NCBI RefSeq assembly: GCF_006345805.1
Contig: NC_043000.1
Location: 135,408,001 to 135,472,000 of the forward strand
DNA: 64,000 nucleotides
Source: Octopus sinensis
Taxonomy: Eukaryota
Reading direction: 5' to 3'
Under the pieces are notes generated by a model. It was not told the DNA's origin, did not search any database, and saw only the letters and a list, made by a program, of their open reading frames with translations. The translations under genes and the position numbers were made by a program. Below are positions 12,577 through 24,942 of the stretch, in pieces (the stretch's first letter is position 1; the number at the start of each line of letters is the position of its first letter).

Positions 12577-12710
12577 TATCGGCAAAAGAGACCGATAGAA
12601 TAAGTACTAGGCTTACAAAGAATAATTCATGGGTCGATTTGTTCGACTAAAGGCGGTGCTCCAGCATGGCCGCAGTCAAATGACTGAAACAAGTAAAAGA
12701 GAGTAAAGAG
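12353..12710 (+). mobile_element. SINE family B with internal (TA)/(TG) microsatellite and partial deletion
   Basis: Head aggcgcaggagtggctgtgtggtaagtagcttgc, internal ccttgggcaa, tail ggcggtgctccagcatggccgcagtcaaatgactgaaacaagtaaaaga. Confidence 0.9.
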
Positions 12711-13164
12711 TATATCGCTACGATGAACATCGAAAATACTTTCGATTGCCAACTAAGCAAATCAACAGCAGTACCAAACCGTTTTCTCTCCAACAGATTT
12801 CTAGTCCTGTTTATAGCTGTATTAGATCTTTCTGCTTTATATTTTTACCACCGTCCTATCGTACTTGAATTTTTATCTGTTTATTTCTAGTTACATACGT
12901 CTTTGTGGATCCGTTCGTCTGCTTGTCAATCTCTTATTGTCTAATTGCTATTTTCTCTCTTCTTCTCTCTAAGTTTTTCACCAAATATTGCTAACTACAC
13001 GTTGTTATTGTGAGACTCATCCGCCTTGAAAGTATTTTCTTTACGAAGTATCAATGTCATACACTTTCTATTCCTGTCATCCGCATTACTCACATCAATA
13101 CCATCTATATGTTTCTGTCTTCTATTTGATACTGAGACATAATAATAGCAAAACATTGTTATTA

Positions 13165-13615
13165 GTATTAAGACGGGAGAGGTATGCAGTAATACATATC
13201 TGGAAGATCCTGGAAGGAATTGTGCCAAATTTTGGCATTGAAAGCTACACCAATGCCAGAACGGGTTGACACTACATAGTGCCAAAGATCCCAGCAAGGC
13301 CATCGGGCTTCAGGACCAGTTACTGCAACAGCCTGGGTTTCAGGGGCCCACTGCTTTTTAATATTCTTCCAAAGAGTCTGAGAAACCTGCACAAAGTAGA
13401 TGTAGGGGTTTTTAAATCAAAGCTGGACCTCTTCCTGTCGTGAGTTACAGATGAACCTACCTCACGGCAAGAGGTGCAAATGAGGGTAGCTATATCAAAC
13501 TCCATTCTTCACTAAGTGCCACATATTAGAAGAGGCTCTTAGTAATAACAGTGTAGCAAAACGGCGGTGCATCAGCATGGCCGCCGCTCTGAGCTGAAAC
13601 TAGAGTGGAAAAAAA
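13165..13615 (+). mobile_element. CR1/L2-like LINE 3' end (ORF2 C-terminus plus 3' UTR)
   Basis: Translates as RRERYAVIHIWKILEGIVPNFGI...GFRGPLLFNILPKSLRNL...FKSKLDLFL, typical of CR1/L2-group ORF2 C-termini; in-frame stops present. Confidence 0.75.
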
Positions 13616-14836
13616 TATTAAACTGTGGAATAGGAGATAACCTGATGTTAAGTTTCAACATTTTCAGTTTGATGTTTTAGCTTTGAGATAGGACGCTTTC
13701 ATGATTCTCTTTTTTCTTCGAACTGCATATTATAAACAAGCACTAATGCAATCATTTCGGTAGCGGTGCCTGTAGACCTTCGTAGGTCTACAATGTTCTG
13801 CTCCTTCCATTACTGGATAACCGGCTAGACCATCACACTAGGGTGACGTACTTCAGTTCGTAATAAAATGTTATTAATTCGGTGCTCGATTTACACTAAT
13901 CTTATTGAAGGATAGATAAAGGTTGAAGGCTACCTCTAAGCGATTGTTAACCTCAAAACGTAAAGAACAGTAACTAAACACTGGTTTAGGGGCCAGAGTT
14001 TGTCGATATTTGCAAAGTTGATCACAGCGTGATTTGAACTGAGAATGTAAAGAGCCTGTGTTATCACAATGTATTTTATCCGACGCTGTAATAATTTGCC
14101 AATTCACTGCACTTACAGTAATTAAAACTGCAAGAAATTCTGTCCAATGTTCTGACTATACTTTCAGTACTCCGGACATGATTCTAGAGATAAGTTGTTT
14201 TGTTGATGGTTTGGTTCGGACGTTGGAAGAACTAGGGTTAAAAGTAAAATGTGTAGTTGAATTACATAAGATTAAGAGGAGTATTTAGGGATGAAAACAT
14301 ATTTTATCATTTGGATAGTAGTTTTAGTGGATAAATGCTTAAGCAATAAGTATTTTTCAAGCTGTTATAAAGCAGAATTGGCATTCTCAAAATGTAACAT
14401 ATCTAAGTGAAAGCAGCACAAGGAAAGGCATTAACGCGCATATTTACGCATTCATGCGTATCATCATATATGCACATCTATTGTTATATATAAATTACAA
14501 CACACATACACACATTTATATATATAGAAGATTACATATAGACGACAAAAAATATAGAGACAGTCACAGTCAAGGTCCTACAATCGTATATACTGACATC
14601 TTCCAACATACACACACGTATCCATCCATGACCTTACATACATAAGCTTACTCATTTCATGCACACTAGTGTACACATACACACACTCAAGCACTCACAC
14701 ACACATACACAGACGCACACACACACACAAATACACATACGTAAGTGTGTGTATAGATGTGTATCTATATATATATGTATATACGCATGTATATATAAAA
14801 ATATATGAAATATATGTATATGCATATATATATATA

Positions 14837-14888
<52 letters not shown>

Positions 14889-14982
14889 TATATATGAATA
14901 TATAAGATATCATATATGTGTGTATATATATATATATATATAATATTTGATACACACACACACACACACACACACACACCAC

Positions 14983-15023
<41 letters not shown>

Positions 15024-15329
15024 TCATGCGCTCGCACACATTTACATTTAGATGTGCAAAACAATGACAAAAGAGACCCCTATACATGTGCAGTAGACTT
15101 TATTTATTTGTGTAAAGTCGATGAATCACTTCAGATTCTCTGGAAGTGAGGAAGTGATGTAGATAGAACAAATGATTCACTTCCAGATACCCACGTGGAA
15201 ATCCAAGTAGCTATTGAATGAATCATCTACTTTACATAAATACAATACACCGAATGTATTGAGCACTCACCTAGTTTCATGTATGTATGCATGTATGTAT
15301 GTATGTATGTATGCATGTATGTATGTATG

Positions 15330-15363
<34 letters not shown>

Positions 15364-15608
15364 TGTATGTATGTATATATGTATGTATGTATGCATGCAT
15401 GTATGTATGTATGTATGATGTATGTATGTATGTATGCATGTATGTATGCATGCATGTATGCATGTATGTATGCATGTATGTATGTATGTACGTACGTATG
15501 TATGTATGTATGTATGTATGTATGTATGTATGTATGTATGTATCTACAGTGCGAAACTGGTACTTATCTTATCGACACTAAAAGGATGAAGGCAAATCGA
15601 CTTCAATA

Positions 15609-15673
<65 letters not shown>

Positions 15674-15679
<6 letters not shown>

Positions 15680-15947
15680 TCCTATCATAGTAGGTGCATT
15701 AGGCATGATAAAAAAATATTCAGACAAATACATAACAAAAACACCAGGACTTACAAACACATGTAACATACAGAAAATTGCACTACTAGGCACTGCACAC
15801 ATCCTACGCAGAACACTTTCCATACAATAACCATCAGAGCATCACAACAAATCACAGCACATACCCAAGGCACACAGAGCTGCGCTCGGTAGTGAAGTGA
15901 AAGCATGCTATAAAAATAAAACTACTGAATAATAATAATAATAATAA
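15674..15947 (+). mobile_element. R4/Dong-like (RLE) LINE 3' fragment inside (TAA)n
   Basis: IIPIIVGALGMIKKYSDKYITKTPGLTNTCNIQKIALLGTAHILRRTLSIQ*, then a 3' UTR and (AAT)n tail. The 5' end abuts (TAA)n at 15613-15678. Dong elements are known to target TAA repeats. Confidence 0.85.
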
Positions 15948-15957
15948 TGATGATAAT

Positions 15958-16163
15958 TTTTTGCCACAAGGGCAGCTAGGGGGAGGTGGAGATGAGTCGA
16001 TTACATTGACCCCAGTGTTCAACTGGTATTTATTTTATCGAATCCGAAAGGATGACTGGCAAAGGCGACCTCGGCGGAATTTGAACTCAGAACGTAGTTA
16101 TGAGCAAAAATACCGCTAAGCATTTCGTTCAGCGCGCTAACGATTTTGCCAGCTCGCCGCCTT
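15958..16163 (-). mobile_element. SINE family A (alternative-tail subfamily)
   Basis: Reverse match to the family A head and body. Confidence 0.85.
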
Positions 16164-16261
16164 AAGGAAATATGGTACGCTTCACGAATTTGCGTGTCAT
16201 CCTTGAGCAGGGGTCCTACGGCAGTACATATTTTAAAAAAAATAATAGTAATAGTAATAAA

Positions 16262-16500
16262 AAAATAAAACCCCTTCCCGAGTCATAGACTTACAAGGTC
16301 AGTTTCTCCGGTTTCTGTGGCCTATATAAATAATCCTGCCTGGACGGGACCCCGGTCTGTCGCAGGATTCCTCATTTTTTACCAGCTGAGGGGTGACTGG
16401 AGAATCGTAAGATTACTCACGAGTGAACTGGAGAATCGTGAAATAAAAGTACTTTACCTAAAAATACAACGCTTTCGCTCAGTCCAGTAATCGAAAGCAA
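16262..16500 (-). mobile_element. Degenerate SINE family C/D-like copy
   Basis: cagctgag..gactggag..cgtgaaataaa resembles 63890-63920; cctggacgggacccc resembles the 27590-27605 segment. Confidence 0.55.
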
Positions 16501-16700
16501 TTTTACTATGATGAGTGCAAACCCTAAAAATGGCGAAACATCGATGTCCATCACCGCTAGTTGGGACTCAAGGTGAGTTATCTCGCCTGTCCATGACTGA
16601 GGTGTTTACACACTCGGTGTGTTGAGAGAGTTTATACACCACTGTAATAATAGCAGCCAACCGGAAAATACAAAATGCATAAACGGTATGTGGTTATTAT

Positions 16701-16739
<39 letters not shown>

Positions 16740-16756
16740 CATACTACATATATATA

Positions 16757-16807
<51 letters not shown>

Positions 16808-17761
16808 TATATGCGTGTGTGGTGTGTATTTATATCTATTTATACATGTATATGCATACGTACATAGATAATACGCACACACGCATCTATAAACACACAT
16901 ATGCATACTCACGATCTCACCGTACCGAGAAACTCTGAGTAAGGATAGAGTAGATCATCAACTGTGACCATGTAAATAAACTCTTCTGCGTGTGTTGAGT
17001 ATTTTCCCAACCACTTGTGTATTCTTAGGTGTAACTAATACAGATACGAATACACACAAACATGCTAGGCTCACACGCAGCACACACAGACACACATTGT
17101 ATATATATATGATGTATACAGACACACGTTGTATGCTTTGTATGTATACATATATTTGTAGAATGTGTGTGTGTGTGTGTGAATGCGTGTGTGAGTGTAT
17201 GTACTCACACGCATACATCCTTTCTCCATAGATTCTTACATAGGAATTCGGGGAACCGACTCGGTTAGCTTTCCCCTAAGGGATACAGCAAGACAGATTT
17301 CTACCGAATATGGGGTCAGCTGGGACGGAGACTTTCTATGGAGGGTTTTCTGGCGGCGTAAAATAAATTATGTTTCAGCAAAACAAAACAATTTTGGCTC
17401 CTTCACTTCTGATCGCGATGACGTGTGTTCCGGTCAGTGTGAGTACATATCTTTCATACGAAGCTATGTTGTTGTTGGTGCTTTTTGTCGTTTAGCCCCA
17501 GAACACAGTTGTTCGAGTAGACCTACAATTACAAAAACATTCCAGGCATACATACATACATACATACATACATACATACATACATACATACATACATACA
17601 TACATACACACATACACACAGACACATTTAAACACACACACATATACGCAAACACACGCATATATATAATTAATAATATCAAAGGGTAATTAGAAATATT
17701 TGAAATTCCCATTACCAGTGGACTAGCGTGTAAAAATTTAGTCAATAGACTCTCTCTCTCT

Positions 17762-17976
17762 CTCTTTTTACTCTTTTACTTGTTTCAGTCATTTGACTGT
17801 GGCCATGCTGGAGCACCGCCTTTAGTCGAGCAACTCGACCCCGGGACTTATTCTTTGTAAGCCCAGTACTTATTCTATCGGTCTCTTTTGCCGAACCGCT
17901 AAGTGACGGGGACATAAACACACCAGCATCGGATGTCAAGCAATGCTAGGGGGACAAACACAGACCACACAAACAT

Positions 17977-18010
<34 letters not shown>

Positions 18011-18039
18011 CACACACACACACACCACAACATATATAT

Positions 18040-18084
<45 letters not shown>

Positions 18085-18129
18085 TCACCAGCGATAATAA
18101 TTAATTTTTTTTATCGCAATTTGAGTGTT

Positions 18130-18177
<48 letters not shown>

Positions 18178-18350
18178 TACATATATACGACGGGCTTCCT
18201 TCAGTTCCCTATACCAAATCCACTCACAAGGCTTTGGTTAGTCCGAGGCTATAGTAGAAGACACTTGCCCAAGGTGCCACACAGTGGGACTGAACCCGGA
18301 ACCATGTGGTTGGTAAGCAAGCTACTTACCACACAGCCACTCCTGCGCCT
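17762..18350 (-). mobile_element. SINE family B, full length with expanded internal (CA)/(TA)
   Basis: Tail at 17762-17990 and head at 18188-18350 are reverse complements of the 21304-21700 copy. Confidence 0.9.
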
Positions 18351-18369
18351 ATATATTATTCATACAAAT

Positions 18370-18678
18370 ACAGTGTACATTTAAACACACAAGAAGCATC
18401 CATCATAGGATTCCTTGAACGCTAGAAAGAACAGTTAAATTCCAAACCACTATTAGAGTTAAAATTTCGAAGGGAATGAAAGAAGACTTTGCCTATCAAA
18501 TTATTTTATTTGCTAAAAAAAGTCTGAAACCATCGGTCCAGGAGTTAGATGGTAAACGTTTTTGTTTTTTATTCCCTTCGAAATTTTACCTCCAATACTG
18601 GTTTGGAATTTAACTGTCCTTTCTAGCATACAAGGAATCCCATGATGGATGCCTCTTGTGTGTTGAAATGTACATTGT
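18370..18678. mobile_element. Fold-back MITE-like element with about 110-bp inverted arms
   Basis: Left arm 18370-18480 pairs with right arm 18567-18678 (for example gcatccatcataggattcc / ggaatcccatgatggatgc). Confidence 0.8.
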
Positions 18679-19013
18679 TTTGTTTAGAGAATATATATAT
18701 ATATATATAAATTCTTCTTTAATTTCATATATATATATGAAATTAAAGAAGAATTTATACTTATAATCCCATGTATATCGAAAAGATATTCCTCAACGGT
18801 GATGGTGATTAAACCAGTGAAATTTTGGATATAATGATTCCTTATGAGGATAAGATATCTTGCATTGACTATATATATATATGTTTAGCCCTTGTGGGCA
18901 ATAAAGAAATAATATATATATATGTATATATGTATATATATATACATACATACATACATACATACATACATTACATACATATACATACATACATACATAC
19001 ATATATATATATA

Positions 19014-20120
19014 TATTGGGTTGGTAAAAAATGGTCGTAGCAATTTTTAAGTAAAATTCATTAACAATATTTAGATAGTTGTACATACTTTTACTCAACC
19101 ACATATTTCCGATTTTGCTCCACTACCTTTCGCCATCTTTGAGGCAGCTTCTTGGTCCCATCCTCCCAGAACGTGGCATCTTTCTGGGTTATGAACTGGT
19201 CTACGTAGTTTTTACACTCGTTTAAAGAAGTTCTCATTTAAAGAAGTTCTCATTAAGAGAATTTTTCAGGGATCAGATTAAATGATAATCCGAAGGTGTA
19301 CATGAGTACTCCAGGTGAGTACGATGGATGGATGGGGCTTGACATCCCACCCAGGCTGCACCAATTTCTGTCTGGTCTTCATAGAAACGAGCGGTCTAGC
19401 GTTGTCCTGATGTAAGACGATACTCTTTCGGTTGGCCAATTCTGGCCTTTTTTTCATCAATTGCCTCCTTTCATCGGTCTAATTGGGAACGATAACAGTT
19501 TGAATTTAACGTCTGATTTCGTGGAGGTAGCTCATAATACAGAATGCCCTTCCAACCCCACCAGATACAGCGCATCACCTTCTTCGGATACAGACCGGCT
19601 TTTGGAGAGATTGAAGGCGGTTCATCTCGTTTTCCCCACGACCTTTTTTGTCTTATGTTATTAATAATCCACTTCTCATCACACGTGATCATTCTTTTCA
19701 AAAATGGATCAGTTTTGTTTCGTCTGAGCAGACAATCGCAGATGGAAGTGCGCTCTTTAGTTTTTCCGATAAGATATGAGGTACCCAAACATCATAGCGA
19801 TTCACGTAACCAAGTATTTTTAAATGGTTTATAATGCTTACATGAGATACGTGGATAATCTCTGCGATATCTCATGTTGTGTGAGATGGATTATTTTTTA
19901 TTAAAGTTTCGATTTGTTCATTATCAACGACTATAGGTCTACCGGAACGTTCACAATCTTCCAGGTCAAAATCTTCGGTTCTAAAACTAGCTAACCTCTT
20001 ACAAACAGTACTTTCAGATATGACACCATCTTTGGTATTTGCCCAGCGTTTTGTCTTTTCGGAAACAAAAGAGCATTAAATGACGAAATTGGATTTCATT
20101 TGCCTTCATTTTCAATTAGA
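19014..20120 (-). mobile_element. Near full-length decayed mariner (Mos1/Hsmar1-like)
   Basis: End tattgggttgg; WVPHIL motif; ORF 19471-19788 with ITCDEKWI and KKVMRCIWW; ORF 19278-19460 with VLHQDNARP. Multiple frameshifts. Confidence 0.9.
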
Positions 20121-20714
20121 TTGGAGCAACAGGAAATGAAGAGCCTTACTCAAGAATACAGCGCGCTGCTCTGCCCAGGAACTAAACCTATAACCATATG
20201 ATTGTGAGCTTGTGTGTGTATGTGTGTGTGTGTGTGTGTGTGTGTTGCGCGTATGTTTTAGTGTGTTAAGATGAGTGTGGTGTGCGTGTGGTTGTGTGTA
20301 TATGTGTGTATGTGTGTGACACAGTCACATTCAGAAACTAAAGATAGGAGGTCTGTTATGGAAAGTAAGTGTATCACCGGGTCCTGATTCTGCTGTTGCG
20401 TTCCACCCACTGTAAAAATGGATTTTATGCCAATATTGGCCAGTTCAGGACCCACAAACAGTGAAGCTGCTAATCTGGTTATCTCCAGGAGATATGAATG
20501 ACGAACATCTTAGAACACACACACACCACACACACACACACACACACACTCACAGACAGACAGACACAAACACACACAAACACGTACACACACAAACGCA
20601 TACACGCATACCAATACACTAACATGCTCACACATATATATGCATATACACACACACGTGTGTGTGTATGCCTGTATACATAAGTACATAAATACACACA
20701 CACACACACACACA

Positions 20715-20880
20715 TTCTTTTATTCGTTTCAGTCATGTGAACGCGGCCATGCTGGAGAACCACCTTTTCGTTGAACAAATCGAACCCAGGACCTATTTCT
20801 TTAAGAGTGGTACTTATTCTATCGGTCTGTTTTGCCCAACTGCAAGTTTACGGGGACGTAAACACACAAACACCGATTAT
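20715..20880 (-). mobile_element. SINE family B 3' half, degenerate
   Basis: tttcagtcat...cggccatgctggag...tacttattctatcggtct. Confidence 0.7.
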
Positions 20881-20919
20881 CAAGCCACCACCATGACCAC
20901 CACCACCACCACCACTACA

Positions 20920-20987
<68 letters not shown>

Positions 20988-21208
20988 CAATCATTCACTA
21001 ATCATCTCCATTACGGCGATCAGTATGTTTCTTTATCACAGTTAACATCATCTAAGTCATACTGATTCGCTTTTTATTACATTGAAAATGGATACACAAT
21101 ATTGGGAACGTATATATGTATCTATGGCGTGACTCCCTTTTATTCTCTCTCTCTCTCTCACATACATATTTAGACAGACAAATAGATAGATAGATAGAAT
21201 AGAATAGA

Positions 21209-21269
<61 letters not shown>

Positions 21270-21303
21270 CAAGTTGATATATAGATTTATAAATAGAAAG
21301 AAA

Positions 21304-21700
21304 AGGCGCAGGAGTGGCTGTGTGGTAAGTAGCTTGCTTACCAACCACATGGTTCCGGGTTCAGTCCCACTGCGTGGCATCTTGGGCAAGTGTCTTCTGC
21401 TATTGCCCCGGGCCGACCAATGCCTTGTGAGTGGATTTGGTAGACGGAAACTGATAGAAGCCTGTCGTATATATGTATATATATATGTATATGTTTGTGT
21501 GTTTGTGTTTGTCCCCCTAGCATTGCTTGACAACCGATGCTGGTGTTTACCTCCCCGTCACTTAGCGGTTCGGCAAAAGAGACCGATAGAATAAGTACTG
21601 GGCTTACAAAGAATAAGTCCCGGGGTCGATTTGCTCGACTAAAGGCGATGCTCCAGCATAGCCGCAGTCAAATGACTGAAACAAGTAAAAGAGTAAAAGA
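21304..21700 (+). mobile_element. SINE family B, full length
   Basis: tRNA-like head with ggttccgggttcagtccc, central microsatellite, and a tail ending aagtaaaagagtaaaagag. Confidence 0.92.
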
Positions 21701-22495
21701 GAGAGATATGTTGAGAAGATAGATATGTTGAGAATTAGATTGATAGATAGATAAGAAGTAGGTAGATAGACAAGTGCCTTGATATATAGATTTATTGATA
21801 GAAAGGAAAATAGACAGTTTGATAGGTAGAGAGATAAACAGATAGATAAATAGATAGATATCTATTTATATCTATTTAGCTATCTAGCTACCTAGATGGA
21901 TAATATGAATGGGTTTAGGACAGGAAAAAGAGAAACAAATAATAAATCGAGGGAAATCTCGAGAGATGGTTGGAAGAAATGTACGAAAAAAAAAAAAAGA
22001 CAAAGGGAAAGAGAGAAATGGTGAGGGAGAGAGAAGGGGAGAAAAAGTGAGTGGAAGAGAGAGAGAGAGAGGGAGAAGGAGGAAGTGAGAGGAGAAACGG
22101 ATGATGAGTGTTTATGTATATGTTCACATCATGTATGTGCCTGTGTGTTTGCATGCGTCAGTGATGGCTTTCCCTTGCCTTAAACTTGTGTTTATTCTAC
22201 GAATACAAGCGTCCGAAATATTTACTGAAGACTGACCAAATAACAACCCTCTGTTTACAAGACTAACACAGATTTCGTACTCTACCCGCCCACGCTATTT
22301 CCATTCCGATGCTTTGTCTTGTTTTCTTTTGTTTTGTTGGGGCTTTTTTTTTCTTCCAGTTGCCTTATTTGCGTTTTGTTTATTGTGGCATTAACGATCT
22401 TTGCCAACTTAAAATAATGTTGTTGTAATTGAGAATAAAATTAACTATTTAATGGTCTAATGATTTTTCTTGTTTTTTCTCGCTGTTTTCCTTAG

Positions 22496-22736
22496 GGTGG
22501 ATCAGAGGCGTGCTAAGCTGAGAGGGATGACTGCAACAATAGCCACAGTAGCATCAATGGCGCCAAAGAAAAGCGGTTGCTAAGGACGGCGAAGGCAGCG
22601 CAGACGGCTAGACTCAGACACACACACACAGAGTTCATGGGAAGCATATATCCGGCCAGACCAAAGTTAGTCATTCACAAGGGGTTTCGAGGGTGGCCCA
22701 GGAACACCGAACAGAAAGAAATAATAGAGCTCAAAG
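22496..22736 (+). CDS. Candidate exon of an unidentified host gene
   Basis: Strong acceptor ttttcttgttttttctcgctgttttccttAG at 22494-22495; non-repetitive, GC-richer sequence; donor AAG|GTAGAT after 22736. Two readings are possible: a terminal VDQRRAKLRGMTATIATVASMAPKKSGC* (stop 22581-22583), or ATG 22637 giving MGSIYPARPKLVIHKGFRGWPRNTEQKEIIELK ending in phase 1. Confidence 0.5.
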
Positions 22737-22848
22737 GTAGATAATTAGACGCAAGAACTGCTTCACTCAAATTGACAGCATTAGCCACGAACTAACATTG
22801 AACACCCGTTCTAGGATGTACATCCACAATCGGCTTTGATTAAAGAGG

Positions 22849-23126
22849 CGGGATCTTTTCTGTTTGATGGACGGAATTTTCTAGTTAACTAAAAAATTTG
22901 AAACGTCGTATACTGGTAGAATGTGTCAAAATAAAACATTATTGTAAACAAAATTGAAAACAAAATTGTAATTTGTAACTTAAACGTAGTTTAATTTTAC
23001 GAATTACAATTTTGTTTTCAATTTTGTTTACAATAATGTTTTCTTTTGACACATTCTACAAGTATACGAAGTTTCAACTTGTTTAGTTAACTAGAAAATT
23101 CCGTCCATCAAACAGAAAAGATCCAT
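22849..23126. mobile_element. Fold-back DNA-transposon derivative with about 130-bp inverted arms
   Basis: Ends cgggatcttttctgtttgatggacgg / ccgtccatcaaacagaaaagatccat; 4-bp TSD gagg at 22845-22848 and 23127-23130; related to the 30287-30690 element. Confidence 0.8.
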
Positions 23127-23586
23127 GAGGCGTAATGATGTACAGTGGTTTCTATATTAATATCTGATAATTAAAATAAAAATTCAAAATGTGACATGAT
23201 AATGTTAGTCTTTGAAGCACTAATACTAAAGTTTAAAATGCAACTTCTAATTGAAAAGTTAGTTCTTCAGCTGTTTACTTGGGCTTAAATTGAGAAAATG
23301 TAAAGAAGACCTAACGCTACAAATTATGTTGTTTATCCTCAGCTCTGCTCTCTGTTCTTGCATATCTGTAATTAAAGACACTTGTATATGCACCAAGGTA
23401 CAGACACATGCACCACACATACACACACATAAACACCCACCCACACAAACTCTCTCTTTTTCCTCTGTCTTCTTCTTTCTGCGTGACACACATTCACACT
23501 CTAATTCATAAAAATTCATAAATATAGTACTGCATGTAAGCCACTAGTGTCGTCAAATTGTACCACTATGCTGTACTATACAGTAT

Positions 23587-23691
23587 GGTTGGTTGGCATC
23601 CTTTTTGTCTCGGGAGACAATGGAGTTGCGCATAAAATAATCTAGTCCGGTTTTTACATTTCATGTCCTAATACATTTCCTGCTGTGGCTG
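23587..23691 (-). mobile_element. Short 5'-truncated RTE-like retroposon end
   Basis: 15-bp TSD tgtactatacagtat at 23572-23586 and 23692-23706; minus-strand end ctccattgtctcccgagacaaaaaggatgccaaccaacc resembles RTE 3' termini. Confidence 0.65.
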
Positions 23692-23944
23692 TGTACTATA
23701 CAGTATACTCATGTCTATTAACAACAAATGTGATATGAATTAATGAAATCTAACACTAGTTACGATTCAACAATAAAAAAATTGCAAACATCGTAAAGGG
23801 GATATCAGGTGAATTTGTCTGTTGTATGGAGGTGTTAGAATATATTCAATTGGAAAGTCTTGCTGTATTTCAAGATGAGAAAGAAACTTGCTTCTTTGGT
23901 CTTAATTGATATATTTAATCAAAATAATCTTCCCGAATAATATC

Positions 23945-24175
23945 TATTTCTTTATTGGCTACAAAGGGCTAAACATACAGAAGAGAAACAAGGACAGACA
24001 GGGATTAAGTCGATTACATCGACCCCAGTCCGTAACAGGTACTTATTTAATCGACCCCGAAAGGATGAAAGGCAAAGTCGACCTCGGCGGAATTTGAACT
24101 TAGAATATAGCGGCAGACTAAATACCGCTAAGCATTTCGCCCGGCGTGCTAACGATTCTGCCAGCTCGCTGCCTT
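23945..24175 (-). mobile_element. SINE family A
   Basis: Reverse match to the family A sequence. Confidence 0.88.
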
Positions 24176-24942
24176 ATTCCCGAATAATATTCATAACACA
24201 ATTCCATCTATTTGGCAAATTGTTAATGCCACGGACTTAAAATTCTTCAATTTTACGTCCGAGGGGTTTCGAAGCAAAGAAACATTTGATATAATTTTTA
24301 ATCTCTTCACAAATAATTAACCGTTTTCTTTCTAAATAATGTAGGAATTATCTGGAAAGTTGATAGTCAGATGGCGAAAGTCAGGAGAGTTAGGAGAATG
24401 TGGCAAAACTTCCATATTTAGTGTCAAAGAAGCACAGGGGTTGATGTAACCGACTAACCCCTCTTCCCTAAATTTCGGGTTTTTTTACTTTTGACTTAAA
24501 TCAATCAATAGCGGTAACTTGATCGACCGCAAAAGCTAATTGATACAGCATTATAATTGGTTTCTGTACAAAGTTTGCGTTTCATTTTCCACTCTATTCG
24601 GTCCTATTATTCAGGTTGTATTATGTATATGTATATGCACGTGAATCTGTGTATGTACGTACGTATGTATATATGCATGTATGTATGTATGTATGTATGT
24701 ATGTATGTATGTATGTATGTATGTATGTTATGTATGTATGTATGTACTGTAAGTATCATCAATGTATATAGATACACATACATGTACATATACATACTTG
24801 TGTATATATATACTTATTTATTTATGCACGTTCTTGATATAAGGGTGTGAATGTATACGTATATACTTTCATATATTACGTGGAAATACAAAAGGAAGTA
24901 TATGAACCGATTGAATTTGGGATGGATTCTTAAACGTGTATA

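Noticed and set aside
13771-13792. 9-bp stem hairpin tgtagacct-tcgt-aggtctaca
   Set aside because: Isolated and short enough to occur by chance in 64 kb; no associated element ends.
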